DNA of 64,000 nucleotides from the NCBI GenBank assembly GCA_021817165.1, contig JAKAVT010000002.1, forward strand, positions 43,563 through 107,562, written 5' to 3'. The notes below the pieces were generated by a model. The model saw only the letters and a list, made by a program, of their open reading frames with translations. It had not been told where the DNA came from and did not search any database. A program made the position numbers and the translations under genes. This document shows, piece by piece, positions 50,398-59,146 of this stretch. Numbering within the stretch: the stretch's first letter is position 1; each line of letters starts with the position of its first letter. This DNA comes from Nanobdellota archaeon. Its GTDB lineage: Archaea > Nanobdellota > Nanobdellia > Parvarchaeales > Parvarchaeaceae.

Positions 50398-50829
50398 TCA
50401 CTTTTTCGCTATTTCCCTGGCCGCATTGTCGGTGAATGCTATGCCCTTTGCCGTAAGGATTCTTCCAAAGTGATTCTGAACCTTGACTTTTCTTATGAGC
50501 TCCGCCTTTTCCAATTCCTGCAATATGTGCCTTATTATTGCGCCGCTTGCGGGCTTGAAGTGCTTTCCACTGTATCTGTTCTTTTCCTTGTCTCCGTATA
50601 TATTTCTTAAACGGTTTACCCCTATTGGCCTTTTATTAACGTACATTCTTCGCATTATGCTCGCCGCCCTTAGATACCACCAGTTATCCTGCGATGGTAT
50701 CCTGTCCTTTGCTGAGCCGGTCTTTACGAACATTGCCCAATCAGGCTGAGGTGTTAACTTCTCTTCCTCGAGCTTCTTTGCAACCTCATTCACCAGTTTT
50801 ATCTGATTTACGTCGTATCCTCTTATCAT
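50398..50829 (-). CDS. rps19e: ribosomal protein S19e
   Basis: MIRGYDV...PQPDWAMFVKTG...WYLRAASIMRRMY matches the S19e consensus. Confidence 0.9.
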   Translation of the reverse strand: MIRGYDVNQIKLVNEVAKKLEEEKLTPQPDWAMFVKTGSAKDRIPSQDNWWYLRAASIMRRMYVNKRPIGVNRLRNIYGDKEKNRYSGKHFKPASGAIIRHILQELEKAELIRKVKVQNHFGRILTAKGIAFTDNAAREIAKK

Positions 50830-51106
50830 ATTTTACCTTCCTAACATTTCCACAATTTAAGCATTTATAGGTTAAAAAACCTTGCTTTAATCTTACCCTG
50901 CAATTAACGCCGGGCACAAGTAATTTATTACATCTTCTGCATATTAAAAACCTTTCCTCTTTTGACAATCTTATCTTTTTTGAAGTCAAAATCCTGCGTG
51001 CAATGTACGTGTATCTGTCTGAAAGCTCTTTGTTTTCCCTTGCCATCTTTATCAGCGAATAAAAGTCTCTTCTAAACCTTTTCTCATCGTTCTTGTACAC
51101 CGTCAT
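50786..51106 (-). CDS. rnp4: RNase P protein subunit Rpp21/Rnp4 (zinc ribbon)
   Basis: CRRCNKLLVPG...CLNCG. Basic 106-aa protein. 44-nt overlap with rps19e. Confidence 0.7.
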   Translation of the reverse strand: MTVYKNDEKRFRRDFYSLIKMARENKELSDRYTYIARRILTSKKIRLSKEERFLICRRCNKLLVPGVNCRVRLKQGFLTYKCLNCGNVRKVKYDKRIRRKSDKTGE

Positions 51107-51197
51107 GCTATGATAATTGTTCGATTAATATTAATAATGTAAATCTAACGGAAAATAAAAACTTAAAATAATTACAAATTTCCTAGATATCGAAAAA

Positions 51198-51205
51198 TTT
51201 ATAAA
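51198..51205 (+). promoter_or_regulatory. TATA box TTTATAAA for the small acidic ORF (predicted TSS near 51230, about 40-nt leader with an AAGGAGGT SD at 51259-51266)
   Basis: Canonical archaeal TATA with an A-rich BRE-like upstream element. Strong SD 4 nt before the ATG. Confidence 0.35.
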
Positions 51206-51270
51206 GGATATATATCTCTTAAAAGTAAAGCGCTGGGGCAGGGGCGCAGAACAAAATCAAGGAGGTTGTT

Positions 51271-51396
51271 ATGGCCAAAAAGAACAAACAGGAAGAAGAC
51301 GATGAAATCATCGAAGAAGACGAACTAGATGGATTGGACGACGAAGATTTGGAAGACGACGATTTGGATGATTCAGACGAAAGCGACACGGAATGA
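51271..51396 (+). CDS. 41-aa poly-acidic small protein (MAKKNKQEEDDEIIEEDELDGLDDEDLEDDDLDDSDESDTE)
   Basis: Only non-trivial reading frame in the 51107-51431 gap. Perfect SD and TATA box upstream. T-rich tract downstream. Short basic N-terminus, then an approximately -25 net charge. Confidence 0.45.
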   Translation: MAKKNKQEEDDEIIEEDELDGLDDEDLEDDDLDDSDESDTE

Positions 51397-51431
51397 ATGA
51401 AGTAAAAAAACGTTATTTTTATATTTTTTAT

Positions 51432-51929
51432 TTAATTTAATTTTCTAAGGACAAGAACAAGATTCTCATTTGCAAATTCTTCCGAGATTATGCTCTGCTT
51501 TTTGTCCCTTCTCACTATTTTAAGATAGATCTTATCGCCATTTTTAGCGCGTACCTCTATTGAGTTTTCCATCTTTTTTATGTCTATGTCTGTCTTGTTT
51601 CTAACGCCTGGAAGAGATATAGCGTGTATTACTGTATCACCGTGCTTAGATATCAGATCTTCAGGCTCTATTACCTCCTTCGCAGGAAAGGCCTGCTTTG
51701 AGCTGCTTTCATGCCTCTGCTTATTTTCCTGCTGCTTATCGGTAAAGATTGAGCCGTTGAATACTCCGTTTAAAACCTGCGGCATTATTTCCTGCACCAT
51801 CTTTGTAACGTCTATATTCAACCCGCTTATGTTTATTCCCTGAGACCTTAATGGCCTGCCACATTTTGGACAGAAACTCCATTCCCTTTCTACAGGCATT
51901 CCACAAAACAGGCATTTTTTCTTCTGCAT
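51432..51929 (-). CDS. zinc-ribbon domain fused to an Hsp20/alpha-crystallin-like C-terminal domain
   Basis: N-terminal CLFCG...CPKCG. C-terminal DTVIHAISLPGVRNKTDIDIKKMENSIEVRAKNGDKIYLKIV resembles an ACD beta-sandwich. Confidence 0.55.
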   Translation of the reverse strand: MQKKKCLFCGMPVEREWSFCPKCGRPLRSQGINISGLNIDVTKMVQEIMPQVLNGVFNGSIFTDKQQENKQRHESSSKQAFPAKEVIEPEDLISKHGDTVIHAISLPGVRNKTDIDIKKMENSIEVRAKNGDKIYLKIVRRDKKQSIISEEFANENLVLVLRKLN

Positions 51930-52014
51930 AAGTTATTCTCTTGGCTGTGATTGAATATATAATTTGCTGTGTATTTAGGAAAAGGTTAAATTATGGAAGA
52001 ATCTAATAAAATAT

Positions 52015-52236
52015 ATGATAAAATCGCTGTTTTTGATAGGATTGATAGTGTTCCTTATAGGGGGAATCTCTTTCCTCGGTCTGAACATACAGACGGTAAG
52101 CGGATACGTAAACAAGATATTGTCGTTTATCCCTCTGCAGCAGGTGTACACATCGATAATCTTCATAGTGATAGGACTAATACTGATGGGATTGAGCTTC
52201 CATCCGAAGATGGGCAAATACTACAAATATTATTGA
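52015..52236 (+). CDS. small 2-TM membrane protein (hypothetical)
   Basis: 73 aa with two hydrophobic helices. The competing overlapping frame 51993-52262 looks less protein-like. Confidence 0.3.
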   Translation: MIKSLFLIGLIVFLIGGISFLGLNIQTVSGYVNKILSFIPLQQVYTSIIFIVIGLILMGLSFHPKMGKYYKYY

Positions 52237-52237
52237 C

Positions 52238-52453
52238 ATGGGATTTGCTGGAACCGGCATAACGAATGACGACGCAGAAGAGATACTGACTTCACTGGTA
52301 AAGGCTTACTCTGCAATTCCTCCCGTAATAAAGCCTTACATACCTCCGTTAGACAGGATATTAAAGGTATTGCCGGATACGGTAAGGAAGTACTCTGTAG
52401 AAGACATAATAAAGCTTTTGGACTGGGCCGCGAAGAACGAGATAGTGATTTAA
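52238..52453 (+). CDS. hypothetical small protein upstream of rpl13
   Basis: 71-aa ORF. No motif recognised. Confidence 0.3.
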   Translation: MGFAGTGITNDDAEEILTSLVKAYSAIPPVIKPYIPPLDRILKVLPDTVRKYSVEDIIKLLDWAAKNEIVI

Positions 52454-52516
52454 AATCAAAAAGAAGATAAAACACAACGATAGGTTTAAATTCGGATATG
52501 TATTCTATTTAAAGAT

Positions 52517-52927
52517 ATGATAATCGATGGAAAGGACTCCGTGTTGGGAAGGCTTGCAACTTTTGCCGCAAAATCGGCATTGGAAGGGGAAAACGTTGAC
52601 ATAGTAAACGCGAAGGACATAGTGATAGTAGGAAACAAAAACAACATACTTAAAAAATACCTTGAAAGAAGAAGGATAGGAACGATGTCCAAGGGGCCTT
52701 TCTTCCCAAGAGACACAAAAGGGATAGTAAGAAGGGCGCTTAGGGGGATGATAAGAGACAAGAGATACCATGGTAGAGAAGCCTTCAAGAGGATAAAGGT
52801 ATACGAAGCCGTTCCAGAAGAATTAAAAGGCAGGGAAATGGTCAATATAGCAAAGGTAAGAATGGACAAGCCGATACACAAAGTTAAAATAGGAGAGCTT
52901 GCAAATATACTTAAACAGGTAAAGTAA
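52517..52927 (+). CDS. rpl13: ribosomal protein L13
   Basis: MIIDGKDSVLGRLATFAAK matches the L13 N-terminus. 136 aa. Confidence 0.9.
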   Translation: MIIDGKDSVLGRLATFAAKSALEGENVDIVNAKDIVIVGNKNNILKKYLERRRIGTMSKGPFFPRDTKGIVRRALRGMIRDKRYHGREAFKRIKVYEAVPEELKGREMVNIAKVRMDKPIHKVKIGELANILKQVK

Positions 52928-52928
52928 A

Positions 52929-53324
52929 ATGAAAAAGAACGCAATGATAGTAGCAAAGAGAAAAACCGCAGTTGCAAATGCGACCATAAAGGAAGGAAAG
53001 GGAAACGTATTCATAAACGGAAAGTCACTGGATTCTTTTAACGATAAGCTATTCAGACAGATCGCATCTGAACCGATTGAACTGTCGGACGAGCTTTATA
53101 AAAAATACGACATAGATATAACAATAAATGGCGGCGGACAAAATGCCAGAGCGCAGACCATAAGATCTGCGATAGCCAAGAGCCTGGTTAAAAAAGAAAA
53201 GAGCCTGAGAAAGAAATTCATAGAATATGACAGAACTTTGCTTGTAGACGACAAAAGGCAGACAGAAGCCCAGAAGCCTTACAGAAGTGCGGCAAGGGCG
53301 CTCAAACAGACAAGTTATAGGTGA
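52929..53324 (+). CDS. rps9: ribosomal protein S9
   Basis: C-terminal KPYRSAARALKQTSYR is typical of S9. 131 aa. Confidence 0.9.
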   Translation: MKKNAMIVAKRKTAVANATIKEGKGNVFINGKSLDSFNDKLFRQIASEPIELSDELYKKYDIDITINGGGQNARAQTIRSAIAKSLVKKEKSLRKKFIEYDRTLLVDDKRQTEAQKPYRSAARALKQTSYR

Positions 53325-53366
53325 GCAGAAAATGCTTAAATATCGCATATCCTCTTATTTATAACT

Positions 53367-53882
53367 ATGCAAAACGCCAGCAAATTACAGCTCCTCTCTG
53401 CCTTGCTTAAAGAAGGAAACGAGGAAAAAGCGCAGGAAACTCTAGACGAAATATTAATCACAAGGAAGAAAATAAACGGAGATAGTGAGATAAATCACAC
53501 CTTAAAGATATACATTGCTGGCCCATATACACCTAAAAACGCAAGCATGCATGACGCAGCGAAGATTGCGCATGAAAACACTGTAAATGCAATAAATTTT
53601 GGCATTGAAGTAATAGAGAAGGGACATTTGCCATATATACCCCATCTTTCGCACTTCATGCACTTATACGGCAAAAAAACGCTATCCTATAGATATTATA
53701 CTGAAGCAGATATTGAATGGCTGCATAACTGCGATGCCATACTTTATTACGGAAACAAAATAGGACTGTCAAAGGGAGCTGACAACGAGCTTAAAATAGC
53801 TATAGACAGTGGAAAGATGGTGTTTTTCTCCGTCAATGAAATACCAACGTGCAGGGATTCTGCGAAAAGATACGGACTTTAA
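53367..53882 (+). CDS. nucleoside 2-deoxyribosyltransferase-like (DUF4406/DUF1937-type) protein
   Basis: KIYIAGPYT motif, then HENTVNAINFG...GHLPYIPHL. 171 aa. Confidence 0.5.
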   Translation: MQNASKLQLLSALLKEGNEEKAQETLDEILITRKKINGDSEINHTLKIYIAGPYTPKNASMHDAAKIAHENTVNAINFGIEVIEKGHLPYIPHLSHFMHLYGKKTLSYRYYTEADIEWLHNCDAILYYGNKIGLSKGADNELKIAIDSGKMVFFSVNEIPTCRDSAKRYGL

Positions 53883-53889
53883 TTTAAGT

Positions 53890-54348
53890 ATGAATGGACA
53901 AAAAGAGATAGTGGAATTCTTTGAATCAAGAGGATTGCTAATAAATTTCATTGAAACGGAAAAAAGCACGGCAAGCTCGCAGGAAGCGGCTTCGGTCATA
54001 GGCTGTAGAATCGACGAAATAGCGAAATCAATAGTATTCGATGTTGAAGGGAAAGCCGCATTGATCCTTTTAGAAGGAGACAAAAAAGTGGACATAGAAA
54101 AGCTGGAAAAGGCACTTGGCTCTAAGGTAAAAAAGGCAGACCCCTCGTTTATTGTACAAAAAACCGGCTTTGAAGCGGGAGGCGTCGCTCCGGTAGTCAA
54201 AGAAAACATGCAGATATTCATAGATAAGGGAGTTATGAAACATGAATTTGTATGGATATCTGCAGGATCCAGAACCGCGGTAATTAAGCTGGATACGAAA
54301 GGACTGGACAAGGCATTAAACGCAGAGATTATTTCGATTTCCTGCTGA
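53890..54348 (+). CDS. YbaK/ProX-type aminoacyl-tRNA deacylase
   Basis: Start at MNGQKEIVEFFESRGL. GCRIDEIAKSIVF and GFEAGGVAP motifs. Confidence 0.7.
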   Translation: MNGQKEIVEFFESRGLLINFIETEKSTASSQEAASVIGCRIDEIAKSIVFDVEGKAALILLEGDKKVDIEKLEKALGSKVKKADPSFIVQKTGFEAGGVAPVVKENMQIFIDKGVMKHEFVWISAGSRTAVIKLDTKGLDKALNAEIISISC

Positions 54349-54754
54349 ACAGGGAAAAAATGAAAAGGGAAAACGCGAATAATATAAACGCAGTGTCTAC
54401 GTATAGATTTAGCGGCTGGTAATAATTACTCAGGTTATAGTATTGACCGATACTTACCAGGAAGTTAGCCTCATCCGATATAAGGCCGACACCGAAACCG
54501 AAGACGAATGCAGTGAGGGACATTGCCCTGTTATCCCTTCTCAACTTCTCGTCAAGCGCGAAAAACACCAAGCCGCTTACGATTACAAGGATTATGCCAA
54601 GGAATATGTGGTGGAATTTTATCCCGTCATAGCCGAGCCCCAGGTTTCCGCCAAGATAGACGTAAATCCTTGCTATCAATATAGCTAATGCTATCCCGAA
54701 AAGGAGATAAAAAGAGGGCTGTCCCAATATTCTTCTGCTCACATTTTTAGCCAT
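54329..54754 (-). CDS. membrane protein (4 TM), hypothetical
   Basis: 141-aa hydrophobic ORF. Confidence 0.45.
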   Translation of the reverse strand: MAKNVSRRILGQPSFYLLFGIALAILIARIYVYLGGNLGLGYDGIKFHHIFLGIILVIVSGLVFFALDEKLRRDNRAMSLTAFVFGFGVGLISDEANFLVSIGQYYNLSNYYQPLNLYVDTAFILFAFSLFIFSLFSRKSK

Positions 54755-54800
54755 AAATTTAATATTATTAATATTAACAACTGCTATTTATAAAGAGTAC

Positions 54801-54872
54801 GGGCCGGTGGTCTAATGGCATGACGTCACGTTCGCATCGTGAAGGCTCCGAGTTCAAATCTCGGCCGGTCCA
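54801..54872 (+). tRNA. tRNA-Ala (anticodon CGC) with G3:U70
   Basis: Acceptor GGGCCGG/CCGGTCC includes the G3-U70 alanine identity pair. Anticodon stem TCACG/CGTGA with loop TTCGCAT. T-arm CCGAG-TTCAAAT-CTCGG. Confidence 0.85.
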
Positions 54873-54915
54873 CGTATACAAACTTGCAAGAAAGTGGTGT
54901 CAAAAGGTATTTTGA

Positions 54916-55929
54916 CTACAAAAATACCCTTTGATGGTTGCCTTTTCCCCATATGATTTTATTTGTAAAGAATAGGGAAATGGCTGAGACCACCACTATT
55001 GAAAAGGTCGATATGATTGAAAAATCAGTCCTTCCAAAAGCAAGCAGGTATTTCGATATAACGCTTATTACGAATATGTCGAACGCCACTACTGCGAGTA
55101 TAAACGCATTGAACTTACCAAAACGGTACGCGGAGCTTAGAAAGCCCTTATTCCTGAAATTAAGCTTTTCATTCACGATGAAGTTTGAAAGTCCGCTTAT
55201 CTCCCCTCCTAAAAGCACTGCCAAAGGATAGAAAAACCCAAGACTTAAGCTTGTGTATACCATCATTAGATTCACAAGGTACGAAAGCGAAGAAATCAAA
55301 CTGTAGTTTATCGAGGTTTTGTTGAAGCTTCTTATGATTGATTCTACCATCTCCGCTAGATCTATCCTTTTATTGTCCCTTCCATACTCTTCTTTTATTA
55401 TTTCGGTAGTGCGTATCCCGTGCGCATTAAGTATGTTTATCGATTCAACGAGAAATGACTTGCCGTTCAGTTTGGTATCTCTAAGAAGCAAAGCGGCTTC
55501 CTTTGTAAGTATCCTGTTGAAAGAGAAGTTATTGTACGAATTGCCAAATGACAACAGATTGGAAACCTCAGTTACAAGCATCTCCCTGAAATTCCTCTTT
55601 CCGGTCTCGATAAGGTTGCCGCCGTTCAAATAGTCAATAAACCACTTTGCGTTAACTGCGGAATAGCTTTCAAACGTTACTATCTTGTCTGCACCTAGAT
55701 TCAATGCTGCAGATAAGCCAAGCCTAAAGCTTTCACCGAAAAACCTCATGTGCGAGAACCTTACAAGAATCAGATTATCCCACCTGCCTTCTTCGGCTTC
55801 GTTGGAATCAAGCAGCACTATTGATGGCCTAGATACAGCTTCGTTCAGTCCGTCTAAAAACTGCATTCTTTGCGCACTCTTTTGGTTTACAAAGGAGGGC
55901 AGAAGGAATGCTATGCTCGGATCTTTCAT
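54916..55929 (-). CDS. family 2 glycosyltransferase (dolichyl-phosphate hexose synthase-like) with C-terminal GtrA-like 4-TM domain
   Basis: N-terminal IAFLLPSFVNQ...LLDSNEAEEG...GLSAALNLGADKIV (GT2-like). C-terminal GEISGLSNFIVNEKLNFRNKGF plus TM helices (GtrA-like). Confidence 0.55.
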   Translation of the reverse strand: MKDPSIAFLLPSFVNQKSAQRMQFLDGLNEAVSRPSIVLLDSNEAEEGRWDNLILVRFSHMRFFGESFRLGLSAALNLGADKIVTFESYSAVNAKWFIDYLNGGNLIETGKRNFREMLVTEVSNLLSFGNSYNNFSFNRILTKEAALLLRDTKLNGKSFLVESINILNAHGIRTTEIIKEEYGRDNKRIDLAEMVESIIRSFNKTSINYSLISSLSYLVNLMMVYTSLSLGFFYPLAVLLGGEISGLSNFIVNEKLNFRNKGFLSSAYRFGKFNAFILAVVAFDIFVISVISKYLLAFGRTDFSIISTFSIVVVSAISLFFTNKIIWGKGNHQRVFL

Positions 55930-56002
55930 TAATAAATAAACACAGTGTAATATATTTAAGCTTAAGTTTCTACCTTTAAAAGGTAACTTGTTCGGATTTT
56001 GT

Positions 56003-56995
56003 TTAAATATCTGTAAATTTTACAAGTATCCCGCCGAATGAGTTCAACTGGCTTAACGACTCGTCGGTTTCATCGAATAAAACGATCTCGCAGCCAAGAC
56101 TATCTAGTTTTTCTAGTATTTCCCTATTATTAAGTACGTATTCTTTTGACAACAACGCCTGTAGGGGCCTTTTCTCTGTTAATGTCCCTGTTATTTCTTC
56201 CTTACCGTATACGTAGCGTTTGTCGTCTTTCGATATCCCGGAAAGGTACTCATTCATAAGCTTCCTTTGAATGGAAAGCCTTGCCTTGCCAAGCGCATCG
56301 TTTATGCTGTCCCTCGACAAAAGCTCCTTTAAACCAGTATCGGCGTACGAAACGTTCTCATATACGATTTCCTTTCCTTTGAGGTAATTTTTCCGAAGGT
56401 CATCGTTGTCCATAGCCTTACCTGCCACTATAAAAGCGCTGTATCCCTTTGAGTATTGCTCCGAAAGCAGAGCTGCCAGTTTCGTGAAAAACTCCTTTCT
56501 GCTTTCATTCCTGAATCTTTTGCCGCTTACTGCCATCTTGAAGTCCATCTTCCGCTTTATGCGGTAATTAGACATGACGTAGAAAAAGGCCATGCCTTCT
56601 TCATAAACGCAGATGAATACCCTGGGAGAGGTTTGCGCCGCCTGTTTCAGCAGCTTGATCTGGAAATTAAGCAGCCTGCCTTTTTTCAGCGTAAAGCCAG
56701 TCCCCTTCTTTATTGCTATGGTATGGTACTTGTGCAAAGGCACCTTTTCATCCGACGAATAAGTAATCCTGCCGCTTACATCCAGTGACGTTTCCGTCAA
56801 TCCCATTTTTTCCACGATTATGGCTATCTTTACCGTCTTTATTTCCTGCGATTTGCCGACTACCACCTTTCTTCTGGAATAAGCCGTCAATTCATCCCCC
56901 TTTTCAAGCACGTATTGCAGGAAGACAAGATCGCTGTACGATTTTACTATTGCCTTTACAATGTTGTTTTTACCGTCCAATTTTGCTATTTTCAT
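56003..56995 (-). CDS. pelA: Pelota/Dom34 mRNA surveillance factor
   Basis: MKIAKLDGKNNIVKAIVKSYSDLVFLQYVLEKGDELTAYSRRKV is a Pelota N-terminus. C-terminal eRF1-like domain (SFGGILVKF). Confidence 0.85.
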   Translation of the reverse strand: MKIAKLDGKNNIVKAIVKSYSDLVFLQYVLEKGDELTAYSRRKVVVGKSQEIKTVKIAIIVEKMGLTETSLDVSGRITYSSDEKVPLHKYHTIAIKKGTGFTLKKGRLLNFQIKLLKQAAQTSPRVFICVYEEGMAFFYVMSNYRIKRKMDFKMAVSGKRFRNESRKEFFTKLAALLSEQYSKGYSAFIVAGKAMDNDDLRKNYLKGKEIVYENVSYADTGLKELLSRDSINDALGKARLSIQRKLMNEYLSGISKDDKRYVYGKEEITGTLTEKRPLQALLSKEYVLNNREILEKLDSLGCEIVLFDETDESLSQLNSFGGILVKFTDI

Positions 56996-58101
56996 ATCAC
57001 CGAATAAACCGTATAAATCAGGCCGAAAAGCATTATGGCGAACGTAAATGCTATAAGATAAATGCCCCCTGGAACCAAGTATTTGATTCTTTTGACGTCT
57101 TTCCTTTTCCTTTCCAGAAAAACCGCAAATAATACCATTATGGCAAGCAGAGAAATGAAGATTCCGCCGGTTATGTCGAGTATATTCTCGAAATTGAAGC
57201 CTAGAAATGCTATCGCGAACGGGGCCGCCAGCGACAGAAACATGCTCGGCTTCCTTCCTATCCCAAAATCGTATGTGAATGAATCGGCTAGGACAAGGCT
57301 AAGGGCCACGTAAGGGGTCAACAGCAGAAACAGCGTTGTAAACGAAAACAGCACTTCATAATAAATTGAATGCACTCCGTCGGTTGCAACTGCGGAAACC
57401 GAAGGCCCAAATGCCCCTACAAAAGCAAACGTGAAAAAAACGTAAAGCAGGATGGAAATAATGTAAGAAAAAATGATTACGCTTGTAAGTTTCTTTATCC
57501 CTCCCAGCTCTTCCTTCACTTCAGGTATGACGGTATAGCCAGTCAGCGAGAAAAGTATTATCCCGAAAGGACCGAAAAACCCGCTTATGTTGTACATATA
57601 AAAGTTAGCAGTCCTTACCATTGTGAAAATTGACAAAGCTGCTGCAGCTATAAGCGCTATCTTTATGAAAAGCATGGGCGTTTCTGCGTCCTCCACGAAC
57701 CTGTAGCCTTTGTATATCAGTGGAAGCGTCAAAAGAAACACCAAAAGAACGGAAACGGCGTAGGGAAGATGAAAAAGAAACACCATTACCAAAGCTATGC
57801 CGGTAAGATAGGCTATCTGTGCACCGTAAATCGTAAGAATCTGGAAGATCAAGATCAAAACCCTAAGCCTCTTCCCCGTGTACTTGCTTATTATTATTGG
57901 CAGCTGATGAAGTTTCTTGAAATGGCTTGACAGCTCTCCAGTATACATGGTTATGAGTATGGATGCAAACCCGATAAGAAGAAGCAGCGCTATGCCTTCA
58001 AAAAATCCGCTTTTTTCTATGGCATAAGGCAGCGCCAATACTCCGCCTCCGACTATCGTTCCTACAGTCGTGCTTAATGCTGCAAGATATTTCAGGTTCA
58101 T
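56992..58101 (-). CDS. amino acid permease-family transporter (about 11 TM)
   Basis: 369-aa multi-TM protein. N-terminal GTIVGGGVLALPYA is typical of amino acid/aromatic amino acid permeases. Confidence 0.65.
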   Translation of the reverse strand: MNLKYLAALSTTVGTIVGGGVLALPYAIEKSGFFEGIALLLLIGFASILITMYTGELSSHFKKLHQLPIIISKYTGKRLRVLILIFQILTIYGAQIAYLTGIALVMVFLFHLPYAVSVLLVFLLTLPLIYKGYRFVEDAETPMLFIKIALIAAAALSIFTMVRTANFYMYNISGFFGPFGIILFSLTGYTVIPEVKEELGGIKKLTSVIIFSYIISILLYVFFTFAFVGAFGPSVSAVATDGVHSIYYEVLFSFTTLFLLLTPYVALSLVLADSFTYDFGIGRKPSMFLSLAAPFAIAFLGFNFENILDITGGIFISLLAIMVLFAVFLERKRKDVKRIKYLVPGGIYLIAFTFAIMLFGLIYTVYSVI

Positions 58102-58192
58102 AGATTTAATAGTTTATTAAGACTAATATATTTGGTGTTTGATGAATTATGCTATAATTTATTAATACGAGCACTTTAATACTAGTTATGCT

Positions 58193-58265
58193 GCTCTCGT
58201 AGTCTAGCGGCCAAGGACGGTGGCCTCTCGAGTCATCGACCCGGGTTCAAATCCCGGCGGGAGCA
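58193..58265 (+). tRNA. tRNA-Glu (anticodon CTC)
   Basis: Acceptor GCTCTCG/CGGGAGC. Loop CTCTCGA with U33. T-arm CCGGG-TTCAAAT-CCCGG. The anticodon stem contains two G-U pairs. Confidence 0.7.
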
Positions 58266-58349
58266 TTTTTATCAAAATAATATACCGTAAATCCTAGAAA
58301 GACTTTTAATAGTAGATATTTGCAGCAAAATTACGTTTGGAAATGCTGT

Positions 58350-58985
58350 CTATTTCTTTGCGTACTTGTCCAGTATCTTTATCACCTGCTGATCTTCTGA
58401 CTGCTCAAAATTCTCGTAAAACTCCCCTATTGCATACAATGTTTCCGGAATCTCGGCTGCTATGACGTCATCGGCCTCTTTCTTCAGCGATTCAATGGAA
58501 TCCTTTTGCGCAACACCGGCTGCAATCACGATTTTAGCAGGTCCCTTTTTCGTTATGTATCTTATCGCACACAGCATGGAAAGGCCAGTAGCCATTCCGT
58601 CGTCCACTATTATCACGGTCTTTCCTTTTACATCCTCCTCTAAACGATCTTCCATGTATATTTTTGATCTCCTCCTTATTTCCTTAAGTTTTTCCTCCCT
58701 ATTCTTCTCAATGTAATCCTTCGGGATTCTCAGCTCGCTTATCATTCTCTCGTCAAGTACTGTTGTGCCGTCCTCGGCTACGCATCCTATGGACAGCTCA
58801 TCCTCGTATGGTGCGCTTATCTTTTTGTTTATTAGAAGCCCCATCTTGAAACCAAGAGTACTGCATATCTCGTCGGCAACAACGACCCCTCCTCTAGGTA
58901 TAGCGAGAACTATGCAGTCCTCCCCTTTATACTTCATGAGAAGAGAAGCCAGTTTCTTTCCTGCATCCACTCTGTCATGTAACAT
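58350..58985 (-). CDS. type I phosphoribosyltransferase-domain protein
   Basis: VIIVDDGMATGLSM PRPP-binding motif. 211 aa. Confidence 0.75.
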   Translation of the reverse strand: MLHDRVDAGKKLASLLMKYKGEDCIVLAIPRGGVVVADEICSTLGFKMGLLINKKISAPYEDELSIGCVAEDGTTVLDERMISELRIPKDYIEKNREEKLKEIRRRSKIYMEDRLEEDVKGKTVIIVDDGMATGLSMLCAIRYITKKGPAKIVIAAGVAQKDSIESLKKEADDVIAAEIPETLYAIGEFYENFEQSEDQQVIKILDKYAKK

Positions 58986-59146
58986 ATTAAAATACTGTCA
59001 GTTTATAGATTAAAAATTAAATTTTATTATATGCAGAAAAACGCTTGAGAACCGGATTTTTATCCTGCATACGCCAAAGGTAACTGCCGATGGCTAGAGA
59101 ACAAAAAAACAAAAACGTTTTTATCCTCTATTGGTGTTATGTTGCT

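Noticed and set aside
51993-52262. 89-aa ORF overlapping the small membrane-protein ORF in another frame
   Set aside because: The translated sequence is less protein-like than the 2-TM alternative. Neither can be confirmed, so both were kept at low confidence or rejected.
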